Part shown: in pieces, positions 1-9,057 of the stretch
Numbering within the stretch: position 1 is the stretch's first letter
Layout of the letters: each line of letters opens with the position of its first letter
NCBI GenBank assembly: GCA_044440125.1
Contig: JBITAJ010000027.1
Coordinates: 224,001-288,000, forward strand
Length of the DNA: 64,000 nucleotides
Source of the DNA: Sedimentisphaeraceae bacterium JB056
Lineage (GTDB): Bacteria > Planctomycetota > Phycisphaerae > Sedimentisphaerales > Sedimentisphaeraceae
Direction: 5' to 3'
Notes under the pieces: model-generated
Databases searched by the model: none
What the model was told of the DNA's origin: nothing
What the model saw: the letters and a program-made list of their open reading frames with translations, nothing else
Program-made: the position numbers and the translations under genes

Positions 1-50
1 ATAAGAATAGATAATTTAAGAGTAACCTAATTATTGGGGGTTAACCTGAA

Positions 51-1259
51 ATGGCAAAAGAAGTATACGAACGTACCAAACCTCACGTAAATATTGGTAC
101 AATTGGTCATATCGACCACGGTAAAACTACCCTTACAGCCGCCATTACTATGCGTATGGCTGTAAAGCAGGGTACAAAGGCAAAACAGTTTGACGAAATT
201 GACAACGCTCCTGAAGAGAAAGAGCGCGGTATTACAATTAATACAGCTCACGTTGAGTACGAGACAGATACTCGTCACTATGCTCACGTTGACTGTCCTG
301 GTCACGCTGACTATGTTAAGAACATGATTACTGGTGCTGCTCAGATGGACGGCGCTATTCTTGTAGTAGCTGCATCTGACGGTCCTATGCCTCAGACTCG
401 TGAGCACATCCTGCTCGCTCGTCAGGTAAACGTACCAAAAATCGTTGTATTCATGAACAAGGTTGATCAGGTTGATGATCCTGAGCTTATCGATCTCGTA
501 GAAATGGAACTTCGTGAACTGCTCAGCAAGTATGACTTCCCTGGAGATGATATCCCTATCATCAAGGGTTCTGCTCTTGCGGCAGTAGAGTGCGAAGGTA
601 AGGATGATGAGAAGTGTGCTCCTATTGACGAGCTTATGGCTTCAGTGGATGAGTACATCCCAATTCCTGAGCGTGCAGTAGATCAGACATTCCTTATGCC
701 TGTTGAAGACGTATTTAGCATCAAGGGTCGTGGTACAGTAGGTACAGGCCGTGTTGAGCGTGGTATGATCAAGATCGGTGACGAAGTAGAGTTAGTTGGT
801 ATAGTAGCTACTAAGAAGACTACTTGTACTGGTGTTGAAATGTTTAATAAGACACTTAACGAAGGTCAGGCCGGTGACAATGTTGGTCTTCTTCTTCGTG
901 GTGTTGAGAAGAGTGATCTTGTACGTGGTCAGGTTATTGCTAAGCCAGGTTCAATCACACCTCATACTAAGTTCAAGTGTGAAGTTTATGTATTGACTAA
1001 AGAGGAAGGTGGCCGTCACAGCCCGTTCTTCAGCGGTTACCGTCCACAGTTCTACTTCAGAACTACAGACGTAACAGGTGCGGTTAATGAGATTACTTCT
1101 CGTGAAGGCAACCCTGTAGAAATGTGTATGCCTGGTGACAACATCGCTATGACCGTTGAAATCATCGCTCCTATCGCGATGGAAGAAGGTCTGCGTTTTG
1201 CTATCCGTGAAGGTGGTAGAACAGTAGGTGCCGGTGTTGTAACCGAAGTTATCGAATAA
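51..1259 (+). CDS. tuf: Elongation factor Tu
   Basis: [10 protein letters not shown]-loop, [20 protein letters not shown]-terminal [10 protein letters not shown]. Confidence 0.99.
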   Translation: MAKEVYERTKPHVNIGTIGHIDHGKTTLTAAITMRMAVKQGTKAKQFDEIDNAPEEKERGITINTAHVEYETDTRHYAHVDCPGHADYVKNMITGAAQMDGAILVVAASDGPMPQTREHILLARQVNVPKIVVFMNKVDQVDDPELIDLVEMELRELLSKYDFPGDDIPIIKGSALAAVECEGKDDEKCAPIDELMASVDEYIPIPERAVDQTFLMPVEDVFSIKGRGTVGTGRVERGMIKIGDEVELVGIVATKKTTCTGVEMFNKTLNEGQAGDNVGLLLRGVEKSDLVRGQVIAKPGSITPHTKFKCEVYVLTKEEGGRHSPFFSGYRPQFYFRTTDVTGAVNEITSREGNPVEMCMPGDNIAMTVEIIAPIAMEEGLRFAIREGGRTVGAGVVTEVIE

Positions 1260-1280
1260 TAAACAAAATATCGATTCTAC

Positions 1281-1315
1281 AAACCAGCCGATGCTACTGG
1301 TATCGGCTGGTTTTT
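1281..1315 (+). terminator. Intrinsic terminator after tuf
   Basis: AAACCAGCCGAT...ATCGGCTGGTTT hairpin followed by a T-run. Confidence 0.8.
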
Positions 1316-1346
1316 CCTTCTGCATAGCTAAAAGGAAGTCATCAAA

Positions 1347-1514
1347 ATGGCAAAAAATGCAAAAAGAGAATTTGTTTGGCTTGAGTGTAAAGAATGCGGC
1401 GAGCGTAACTACCGTACGGAAGTTAACGTAATGGGCGGTGTTCCGAAGCTCGAACTTAAAAAGTTCTGTAAAAAAGAGCGCAAGCATACAGAGCATAAGA
1501 TCAGGCGTAAATAA
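1347..1514 (+). CDS. rpmG: 50S ribosomal protein L33 (55 aa, absent from ORF track)
   Basis: Own translation MAKNAKREFVWLECKECGERNYRTEVNVMGGVPKLELKKFCKKERKHTEHKIRRK; AAGGA RBS; canonical position between tuf and secE. Confidence 0.96.
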   Translation: MAKNAKREFVWLECKECGERNYRTEVNVMGGVPKLELKKFCKKERKHTEHKIRRK

Positions 1515-1526
1515 TCGTCTGAACAA

Positions 1527-1599
1527 AGGTCACTAGCTCAATTGGCAGAGCAGCGGTTTCCAAAACCGCAGGTTGGGGGTTCAAATCCCTCGTGACCTG
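1527..1599 (+). tRNA. tRNA-Trp (CCA anticodon), 3' CCA not encoded
   Basis: Acceptor stem AGGTCAC/GTGACCT, D-arm TAGCTCAATTGGCAGAGC, anticodon arm GCGGT-TTCCAAA-ACCGC, T-loop GGTTCAAATCC. Confidence 0.96.
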
Positions 1600-1696
1600 T
1601 TTTAGTTTTAGGCAAATATAACCGGCAGTAATGCATTATTTGCCTGATATTTGATTATGCGAAAAGTCACTGTGTTTTAGAGAATGGTGAAGGACA

Positions 1697-2086
1697 ATGC
1701 AATTACACATATATAAAAGAGGACATGGATACTACACGAGATTGTGGTCAGCTATTGCCTGTCTCGCGTTGGCGGCGATAGGTTGCTATAAATTGCATTC
1801 CAAACTCGCTTTGGCAGGTAATCCATGGGTTCAAAATCTGACACCTGCAGTCGTTTGGGCAATTCTTGCCTGGTTTGTTTACTGGGTTAGCAATCGTCCT
1901 AATTTGGCTGATTTTTTAATTGCCGCCGAAGGTGAATTGAAAAAAGTCAGCTGGTCGACAAAGCAGCAGGTTGTGGCATCAACAATGATAGTTATCTTTG
2001 TTGTATTGCTGATGTCTGTATTGCTTGGATCAGTCGACGTGCTGTTCAGATTGTTCTTCGATGTCTTAATAGGTCTCTACTCTTAA
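1697..2086 (+). CDS. secE: Preprotein translocase subunit SecE (3-TM form)
   Basis: FL..AEGELKKVSW motif, hydrophobic helices, position before nusG. Confidence 0.95.
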   Translation: MQLHIYKRGHGYYTRLWSAIACLALAAIGCYKLHSKLALAGNPWVQNLTPAVVWAILAWFVYWVSNRPNLADFLIAAEGELKKVSWSTKQQVVASTMIVIFVVLLMSVLLGSVDVLFRLFFDVLIGLYS

Positions 2087-2110
2087 ATTAAAGAATAGTG
2101 GGTTGATAAA

Positions 2111-2659
2111 ATGCAGTGGTATGTATTAAGAGTAGCTTCTAATAAGGAAAATCACGTTTGCGAAAGTCTTCAGCGTAAAGTTCAGGTAGAAGGACTTAGT
2201 GATCTTGTTGGCAGGATAGTGGTTCCTGCTGAGAAAATCAAACGCGGTGGACGCGGAGGCGTGCAGAGGGTTGTAACCCGCAAGCTTTATCCTGGATATG
2301 TGTTCATGGAGCTCGAGACTGATGAGAGTGGACGCATTCCTGAAAAGGTTTGGTTTATGATAAAGGAAACCATGGGTGTCGGTGATTTTATCGGTACTGA
2401 AGGTGTTCCTACGCCGATGCGTGACACTGATGTGGCACGTATGCTTAAGGAAGTAGAGCAGAAGGTTGAAGATACGCCAACTTTCAAGATGGACTTCCAG
2501 AAGGGCGATGTAGTTAAGATTAATGAAGGTGCTTTTGAGAATTTTGAAGGCACTGTAGATTCGCTTGATCCTGAACGCGGAATGGTACGCGTTATTGTGA
2601 GTATTTTCGGTAGAAGTACTCCTCTTGATATTGAATATTGGCAGATTGAAAAATCTTAA
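2111..2659 (+). CDS. nusG: Transcription termination/antitermination factor NusG
   Basis: WYVLRVAS NGN start, KLYPGYVF, KOW domain, VSIFGRSTP. Confidence 0.98.
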   Translation: MQWYVLRVASNKENHVCESLQRKVQVEGLSDLVGRIVVPAEKIKRGGRGGVQRVVTRKLYPGYVFMELETDESGRIPEKVWFMIKETMGVGDFIGTEGVPTPMRDTDVARMLKEVEQKVEDTPTFKMDFQKGDVVKINEGAFENFEGTVDSLDPERGMVRVIVSIFGRSTPLDIEYWQIEKS

Positions 2660-2736
2660 AAAGCTGATATTCAGGGATAGCGATAAATAAAAAGTCGCGT
2701 TAGCGACAGGTATAGACCAGTTAACAGTCGAAACGG

Positions 2737-2765
2737 CTGTGCGGGAGAAGTGTATTCTCGCACAG
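2737..2765 (+). promoter_or_regulatory. GGGAG-containing hairpin upstream of rplK, possible L1 autoregulatory site
   Basis: CTGTGCGGGA...TCTCGCACAG stem in the rplK leader; function inferred from position only. Confidence 0.35.
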
Positions 2766-2816
2766 ATTGTTTGCGTTTATAGATATTATTACTTTTCAAC
2801 GAGGTTAGAAAAAGAT

Positions 2817-3242
2817 ATGGCCAAAGAGATAAAAAGTCAGATCAAGCTTCAGGCTCCTGGCGGAAAGGCGACACCAGCGCCTCCGATCGGTCCTGCACTT
2901 GGTCAGCACGGCGTTAATATCGGTCAGTTCGTTACTCAGTTCAACGAGAAGACTCGTGAACTCAACGGTATGACCGTGCCGGTAGTAATAAATGTTTACG
3001 ATGATAAGAGCTTTGATTTCATCGTAAAAAGTCCTCCTGCTGCAGTACTTCTGCTCAAAGAAGCAGGCCTTGAAAAAGGAAGCGGCGAGCCTAACACCAA
3101 TAAAGTTGGTAAGGTTACCAAAGAGCAGATCAGAAGAATTTCTGAAACAAAAATGAACGACCTTAATGCTTTCACCCCTGAAGCGGCAGACCGTATTATC
3201 GAGGGTACAGCCCGCAGTATGGGTCTCGAAGTAGAAGGCTAA
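2817..3242 (+). CDS. rplK: 50S ribosomal protein L11 (start moved to ATG 2817)
   Basis: [38 protein letters not shown] upstream of 2817. Confidence 0.98.
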   Translation: MAKEIKSQIKLQAPGGKATPAPPIGPALGQHGVNIGQFVTQFNEKTRELNGMTVPVVINVYDDKSFDFIVKSPPAAVLLLKEAGLEKGSGEPNTNKVGKVTKEQIRRISETKMNDLNAFTPEAADRIIEGTARSMGLEVEG

Positions 3243-3250
3243 AATGTATT

Positions 3251-3286
3251 GAATGCTTACCACGGCTAAATAGTGGGAGCGTATTC
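3251..3286 (+). promoter_or_regulatory. Stem-loop with ACCAC/GTGGGAG upstream of rplA, possible L1-binding leader
   Basis: GAATGC-TT-ACCAC...GTGG-GAGC-GTATTC can fold with an asymmetric internal loop. Confidence 0.4.
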
Positions 3287-3316
3287 TAAAGTTAAAAACT
3301 TTAACGCGGAGTAATA

Positions 3317-3994
3317 ATGGCAAAAAAAAGTAAAAGATATTTGAAAGCGGAAAAGATAAAGACTAAGGAAGTACTGGCTTTGCCGGATGCTGTCAAACGT
3401 CTTAAATCGTTTACCGCTACAAAGTTTGACCAGTCCGTTGAGATCGTAATGCTTCTTGGCATCGATCCACGTCAGGCAGATCAGCTCGTTCGTGGAGCTA
3501 TAAGCCTTCCTAACGGTATTGGTAAAAGCAAGAATGTAATCGCGTTTTGCGATGATTCAGAAGCTGAAGCAGCTAAAGCAGCAGGTGCTGTAGAGGCTGG
3601 TTGTGATGATCTCGTTGAAAAAGTAGCTGGCGGATGGCTTGATTTTGATGTAGCTATCGCTTCTCCAAAAGTAATGGGTAAGGTTGGTAAGCTTGGTCGT
3701 GTGCTTGGTCCACAGGGCAAGATGCCTTCGCCTAAAAACGGTACCGTGACACCGGATGTTGCCACAGCCGTATCTGAGTTTGCTGCCGGTAAGGTAGAAT
3801 TCAGGAACGATGATGGTGGAAATATTCATGCACTGGTAGGTAAATTGAGTTTTGATGATGACAAACTTATCGGAAACATACAGGCCTTCATCGATAATAT
3901 CGAAAAGATGAGACCTTCTTCAATAAAGGGTACATATGTAAAGAAGATTTGCATAAGTGCTACTATGAGTCCGAGTGTCATGGTTCAGGCCTAA
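3317..3994 (+). CDS. rplA: 50S ribosomal protein L1
   Basis: KFDQSVE, LGRVLGPQGKMPSPKNGTVT, GKVEFRND. Confidence 0.98.
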   Translation: MAKKSKRYLKAEKIKTKEVLALPDAVKRLKSFTATKFDQSVEIVMLLGIDPRQADQLVRGAISLPNGIGKSKNVIAFCDDSEAEAAKAAGAVEAGCDDLVEKVAGGWLDFDVAIASPKVMGKVGKLGRVLGPQGKMPSPKNGTVTPDVATAVSEFAAGKVEFRNDDGGNIHALVGKLSFDDDKLIGNIQAFIDNIEKMRPSSIKGTYVKKICISATMSPSVMVQA

Positions 3995-4023
3995 ACCGTT
4001 AACCAGTATTATAAGGTGATATA

Positions 4024-4551
4024 ATGAGTAAGTTTGTAAAAGAATTACTTCAGAAAGAGTTTGAAACACTCTTTGGTGATACGAATGAGTTTGTTGTTAT
4101 CGATACAGATGGTGTAGGCGGTAATGATAATAATATGATGCGTGGCGAGCTTAGCAATAAGGGTATAAGATTGCGTGTTGTTCGCAACTCTCTTATGCGT
4201 AAGGCTATGGATGATCTTGATATGCCTACTGCTAAGGATCTGTTTACAGATGGCCCATGTACAGTTGCTTTCGGCGGCGACAGCGTTGTTGACGTAGCCA
4301 AGGAAGTTGTTGACTGGGCAAAGAAGATCAAGGCTATCGAGTTGAAGGGCGCTTATGTTGACGGCGAACTCGTACTTGGTAAAGGCGTTGTAGATCTTTC
4401 TAAGATGCCAAACCGTGCAGAACTTCAGGCACAGGTTGTACAGATCGCTCTTACCCCAGGTTCAAATATCGCAGGTGCGGTTACAAGCCCGGCTTCAAAT
4501 ATTGCCGGCTGCCTGAAGACAATTATCGACAAGGGCGAAGAAGCAGCGTAA
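4024..4551 (+). CDS. rplJ: 50S ribosomal protein L10
   Basis: RVVRNSLMRKA, LSKMPNRAEL; position between rplA and rplL. Confidence 0.95.
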   Translation: MSKFVKELLQKEFETLFGDTNEFVVIDTDGVGGNDNNMMRGELSNKGIRLRVVRNSLMRKAMDDLDMPTAKDLFTDGPCTVAFGGDSVVDVAKEVVDWAKKIKAIELKGAYVDGELVLGKGVVDLSKMPNRAELQAQVVQIALTPGSNIAGAVTSPASNIAGCLKTIIDKGEEAA

Positions 4552-4717
4552 GTATAGATTTAGCCGCGTTTGCGTTGTGCATGCGTGGGATTGAATGAAT
4601 AATTAATAAAGATAGAAACTATCTTAAATAAACGCCTCAGATGGTTGTCCCCAAAGCGGGTTAAACGTGATGTGTTGTCGCGGCTGTCATCGGGCATTAT
4701 TACAGGAGTATATAGCA

Positions 4718-5122
4718 ATGAGCGAAGAAGCTAAAACATGGAATGCAGACATTAAAGAAATCGGCGATAAGATTGTAGCACTTACACTTATGCAGGCAAA
4801 AGAACTTGCTGACTACCTCAAAGAAGAGTACGGCATTGAGCCAGCAGCCGGTGGCGCTGTAATGATGGCTGGTCCTGCTGCAGGTGGCGATGCTGCTGAA
4901 GCAGAAGAAAAGACAAGTTTTAATGTTATTCTTGAAGCAGTAGGCGATAAGAAGATCGCTGTTATTAAAGAAGTACGCGCAATCACAGCTCTTGGTCTTA
5001 AAGAAGCTAAGGAACTCGTAGATGGAGCTCCAAAGGCTGTTAAAGAAGGCGTGAGCAAAGATGAAGCTGAAGAGATGAAAAAGCAGCTCGAATCAGCTGG
5101 CGCAACAGTAAAGATCGACTAA
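4718..5122 (+). CDS. rplL: 50S ribosomal protein L7/L12 (start moved to ATG 4718)
   Basis: Ala/Gly hinge, [42 protein letters not shown]. Confidence 0.98.
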   Translation: MSEEAKTWNADIKEIGDKIVALTLMQAKELADYLKEEYGIEPAAGGAVMMAGPAAGGDAAEAEEKTSFNVILEAVGDKKIAVIKEVRAITALGLKEAKELVDGAPKAVKEGVSKDEAEEMKKQLESAGATVKID

Positions 5123-5153
5123 TTCGGCTTGTCCGTATTAACCTGGATTTATC

Positions 5154-5196
5154 GGTGTTAGGGCGAAAAAGACTTCTTTTTTGCCCTAACACCTTC
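5154..5196 (+). terminator. Strong hairpin between rplL and rpoB (terminator/attenuator)
   Basis: GGTGTTAGGGCGAAAAAGA...TCTTTTTTGCCCTAACACC inverted repeat; weak T-tract. Confidence 0.6.
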
Positions 5197-5260
5197 CCTG
5201 CTTATATATAGATACCAGTTTTTATTGTTACCAAAAACTTGATGAAGTGGAGAAAAATTA

Positions 5261-8200
5261 ATGGGGTCTTGTAATAGACGCGATTTTGGAAAAATAGGTG
5301 ATGCCATACCGGTGCCCGACCTAACTCTAATGCAGAGAGAGAGTTATGCTGAATTTTTGCAGCTTAAAGTCTCTCCTCAGAAGAGGATTAATTTTGGTCT
5401 TGAGGCGGTATTCCGTGAAGCGTTTCCGATCGAGGGGCAGGATCTTGTACTTGATTATAAATATTATGAACTTGAGAAGCCCCGTTATACCCCGCGTGAA
5501 TGTAAAGAGCTGAAGCTTACTTACGGCTATCCGCTGCGGGTTACGTTTCAGTTGACCAACAGGAAACGTGATGAGGTTATAGAGCAGTCTATATTCCTCG
5601 GTGATATGCCTATAATGCTTGGCGGTGGTACTTTCATAATCAATGGTGCCGAGCGTGTAATTGTTAGTCAGCTCCATAGAGGTCCTGGTGTGGACTTTGG
5701 AATTGAGAACAAGGAAGGCGACCGTATTCTCCACGGCGGACGTATTATTCCTGAACGTGGAAGTTGGCTTGAAGTAAGTGTAACCAAAAAAGACAATCTT
5801 ATCGTTAAGATAGATCAGTCAAACAAGCTTCTTGCTACGGTATTCTTGCGTGCGATGGCTCCTGAATATGGAACAGCTGCTGCGATCCTCCGTTTGTTCT
5901 ATGAAACAGAGGACATGCCTGTAACAAAGCTTGAGCCTACAATGTGGGCGGTATGTCCGATTGTTGACACCGATACTGGTGAGATCATTGTAAACAGTGC
6001 TCAGCAAATCGGCGAGAGAATCGGTCAGATACAGGCAAGCAATCTTGAAACTGTTGAAGTTATCAGTAAGGTAAGTGATTTCCTTATCTTAAATACGCTT
6101 GCTGAAGATGAGTGTGAAGCATACGAACACGCTCTTATTAAAATATACGGAAAGCTTCGTCCCGGTAACCCTGCTAATGTTGAAAAAGCTCAACAGCTCT
6201 TTATTGAGAGATTTTATGACGACAGTCGTTATCGTCTTGGCAAGGTGGGTCGTTTCAGGCTTAACCGTAAATTTGGTACAGAAGTTGAAGAAGACCTGCA
6301 GATACTCAGGCCTGATGATTATATCAACGTTCTGAAATATATAATTGGTCTGCGCGAGAACAAAGGTGAAATCGATGATATCGATCATCTTGGAAACAGA
6401 CGCGTACGTACAGTTGGTGAATTGGCTTCTGATGAGATTCGTAAGGGTCTTCTCAAGCTTCGCAGAACTGTCACAGACCGTATTAATTCGAAATTACCCG
6501 AAGATGTAACTAAGATAGGTGATATTGTAAACTCAAAGAGTGTTGCAAACCATATCGATTCATTCTTCGGCCGTGGCGAGCTAAGTCAGGTTGTTGACCA
6601 GACGAACTGCTTGAGCCAGCTTACTCACGAAAGACGTTTGAGTGCGTTGGGTCCTGGCGGTTTGAACAGAAAACGTGCCGGCTTTGAAGTTCGTGACGTT
6701 CATATTAGTCATTACGGACGTATTTGTCCTATTGAAACTCCTGAAGGTGCCAATATTGGTCTTATCTCATCTCTTGGTGTATTCGCCAGTCTTGATGAGT
6801 ATGGATTCCTCATGACGCCTTACAGGAAGATTGCTGATGGAAAGATCTCTGAGCAGATCGAATACCTCCGTGCTGACAGAGAGATGGAATTGATCTTCTC
6901 TCCACCAAGTGCTGTTGACCCTGAGACAAAAGAACTTCTCAAAGGTTTGGTACTTGCTCGTGACCATGGTGAGCTTAGTCAGGTTGACAGCGAGATTGTT
7001 GAATACGTTGACGTTTCACCAAAGCAGACTGTCGGTATTTCCGCATCATTGATTCCGTTCCTGGATCATGATGATGCTAACCGTGCATTGATGGGTTCTA
7101 ACATGATGAGGCAGGCAGTGCCGCTTCTTCAGACGGATGCTCCGCTGGTAGGTACCGGTATGGAAGATTCTGTCGCTCAGAACTCAAGTATGGTAATTAA
7201 GGCGGAAGTCGGCGGTACAATCACTTATGTTGATGCCAATAAGATTGTTATTGACAGGCGTGATGAGTACATTCTCCGTAAATTTGATAAGCTTAACGAG
7301 AGAACATGTCTCAATCAGACACCGATTGTTAAGAAAGGTCAGGTTGTTAAGACCGGTCAGATCATAGCAGATGGTGGTGCTACAGACAATGGACGTCTTG
7401 CCCTTGGTAAGAATGTTCTTGTGGCTTTCGTACCGTTTGATGGTTACAACTTTGAGGATGCTATCCTTATTAACGAGAATCTTGTTAAGGAAGACACCTT
7501 TACAAGTATTCATATAGATGAGTTTGATGTTGAAGTTCGTGAGACCAAGCTTGGACGTGAGGAGTTCACACGCGATATACCGAATGTTGGTGAAAAGATG
7601 CTTCGCAATCTTGATGCAGGCGGTGTAGTTCGCGAAGGAACAAGAGTTGGTCCTGGAGACATTCTTGTTGGTAAGGTGTCGCCAAAGAGCAAAACTGAAC
7701 TCTCTCCTGAAGAGAAATTGCTTCATGCTATTTTTGGACGTGCAGGTGAGGATGTAAAGAACGACTCGCTCACTATGCCAAGTGGTCATGAAGGTGTTGT
7801 TATCGGAACACGTCACTTTAAGCGTTACACAGCTACTACTGATGCTGAGAAGAAGGTGCTTAAAGAAGAGATCGAGCTTCTTGAAGAGGATAGTATCGAG
7901 AAGCAGGTACATCTATTCAGACTTATGATGGAAGATGTTCATGCTAAGATTGACGGTGTTGATTTTGTAGATAATGAGACACTTCAGGAAGTAGGCGCAA
8001 GTGATAATGATGATGTTATCATTGAGCAGATCGAGCGTTTTACTCTTGATTGGCTCAAGCAGCCTGAAAAGCTCGAAGAGGTTCGCAAGGTCATAGATAT
8101 GTACTGGCCTAAGATCGTTGAGCTTCAGGAAGATCTTGCACGTGATGTTGATCGCAAGAAACGCGGAGATGAACTGCCAAACGGCGTTCTTGAAAAAGTC

Positions 8201-9013
8201 CGTGTTTATATAGCTACAAAGCGTTCCCTGTCGGTTGGTGATAAGATGGCCGGTCGTCACGGTAACAAGGGTATTATTGCGAAGATAATGCCGCAGGAAG
8301 ACATGCCGTTCCTTGATGATGGTACTCCTGTTCAAATCGTTCTTAATCCGCTTGGTGTACCTTCGCGTATGAACGTTGGACAGATTCTTGAAACTCATCT
8401 TGGCTGGACAGCAAAGGTATTGGGCTTCGATGCAATCACTCCGGTATTCGATGGAGCTGATGAAGCAGAGATACATAAGCTCACTGCTGAAGCGAATGAA
8501 TATGTTACGAAAAAAGCTGCTGACCTGGAAGAGAAAAAAGAAGCTCTGCCGGCAGAAGATACTTTCGCTACAATTCCTGAGACGCTTAAGACACAGCTTT
8601 ATGATGGACGTACAGGTGAGCCGTTCGAGCAGCGTGCTACTGTAGGTTATATGTATATGCTTAAACTTCACCACTTGGTGGATGAAAAGATACATGCAAG
8701 AGCAACAGGACCTTACAGTCTTATCACACAGCAGCCTCTTGGCGGTAAGGCCAGAACTGGTGGTCAGAGGTTCGGTGAAATGGAAGTGTGGGCGCTTGAA
8801 GGTTATGGCGCCGCTTATACACTTCAGGAGTTGCTCACAGTTAAGAGTGATGATATTGAAGGACGCAGCAAGATCTACGAATCAATGGTTAAGGGCAATA
8901 ACTCGCTGCAGGCGGGTACACCTGTATCATTCGATGTTCTCTGTAACGAGATCAAGGGTCTTGGTCTGAATATCAGACTTGAAAAGAGTAAAAAAGGTAA
9001 TTCGCCATTCTAA
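5261..9013 (+). CDS. rpoB: DNA-directed RNA polymerase subunit beta
   Basis: DDIDHLGNRRVR, GRICPIETPEG, GDKMAGRHGNKG, GGQRFGEME. Confidence 0.99.
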   Translation: MGSCNRRDFGKIGDAIPVPDLTLMQRESYAEFLQLKVSPQKRINFGLEAVFREAFPIEGQDLVLDYKYYELEKPRYTPRECKELKLTYGYPLRVTFQLTNRKRDEVIEQSIFLGDMPIMLGGGTFIINGAERVIVSQLHRGPGVDFGIENKEGDRILHGGRIIPERGSWLEVSVTKKDNLIVKIDQSNKLLATVFLRAMAPEYGTAAAILRLFYETEDMPVTKLEPTMWAVCPIVDTDTGEIIVNSAQQIGERIGQIQASNLETVEVISKVSDFLILNTLAEDECEAYEHALIKIYGKLRPGNPANVEKAQQLFIERFYDDSRYRLGKVGRFRLNRKFGTEVEEDLQILRPDDYINVLKYIIGLRENKGEIDDIDHLGNRRVRTVGELASDEIRKGLLKLRRTVTDRINSKLPEDVTKIGDIVNSKSVANHIDSFFGRGELSQVVDQTNCLSQLTHERRLSALGPGGLNRKRAGFEVRDVHISHYGRICPIETPEGANIGLISSLGVFASLDEYGFLMTPYRKIADGKISEQIEYLRADREMELIFSPPSAVDPETKELLKGLVLARDHGELSQVDSEIVEYVDVSPKQTVGISASLIPFLDHDDANRALMGSNMMRQAVPLLQTDAPLVGTGMEDSVAQNSSMVIKAEVGGTITYVDANKIVIDRRDEYILRKFDKLNERTCLNQTPIVKKGQVVKTGQIIADGGATDNGRLALGKNVLVAFVPFDGYNFEDAILINENLVKEDTFTSIHIDEFDVEVRETKLGREEFTRDIPNVGEKMLRNLDAGGVVREGTRVGPGDILVGKVSPKSKTELSPEEKLLHAIFGRAGEDVKNDSLTMPSGHEGVVIGTRHFKRYTATTDAEKKVLKEEIELLEEDSIEKQVHLFRLMMEDVHAKIDGVDFVDNETLQEVGASDNDDVIIEQIERFTLDWLKQPEKLEEVRKVIDMYWPKIVELQEDLARDVDRKKRGDELPNGVLEKVRVYIATKRSLSVGDKMAGRHGNKGIIAKIMPQEDMPFLDDGTPVQIVLNPLGVPSRMNVGQILETHLGWTAKVLGFDAITPVFDGADEAEIHKLTAEANEYVTKKAADLEEKKEALPAEDTFATIPETLKTQLYDGRTGEPFEQRATVGYMYMLKLHHLVDEKIHARATGPYSLITQQPLGGKARTGGQRFGEMEVWALEGYGAAYTLQELLTVKSDDIEGRSKIYESMVKGNNSLQAGTPVSFDVLCNEIKGLGLNIRLEKSKKGNSPF

Positions 9014-9057
9014 TGGCGTTATAATACAGTCGCCTTATATAGGGAGTTGACCTTACA

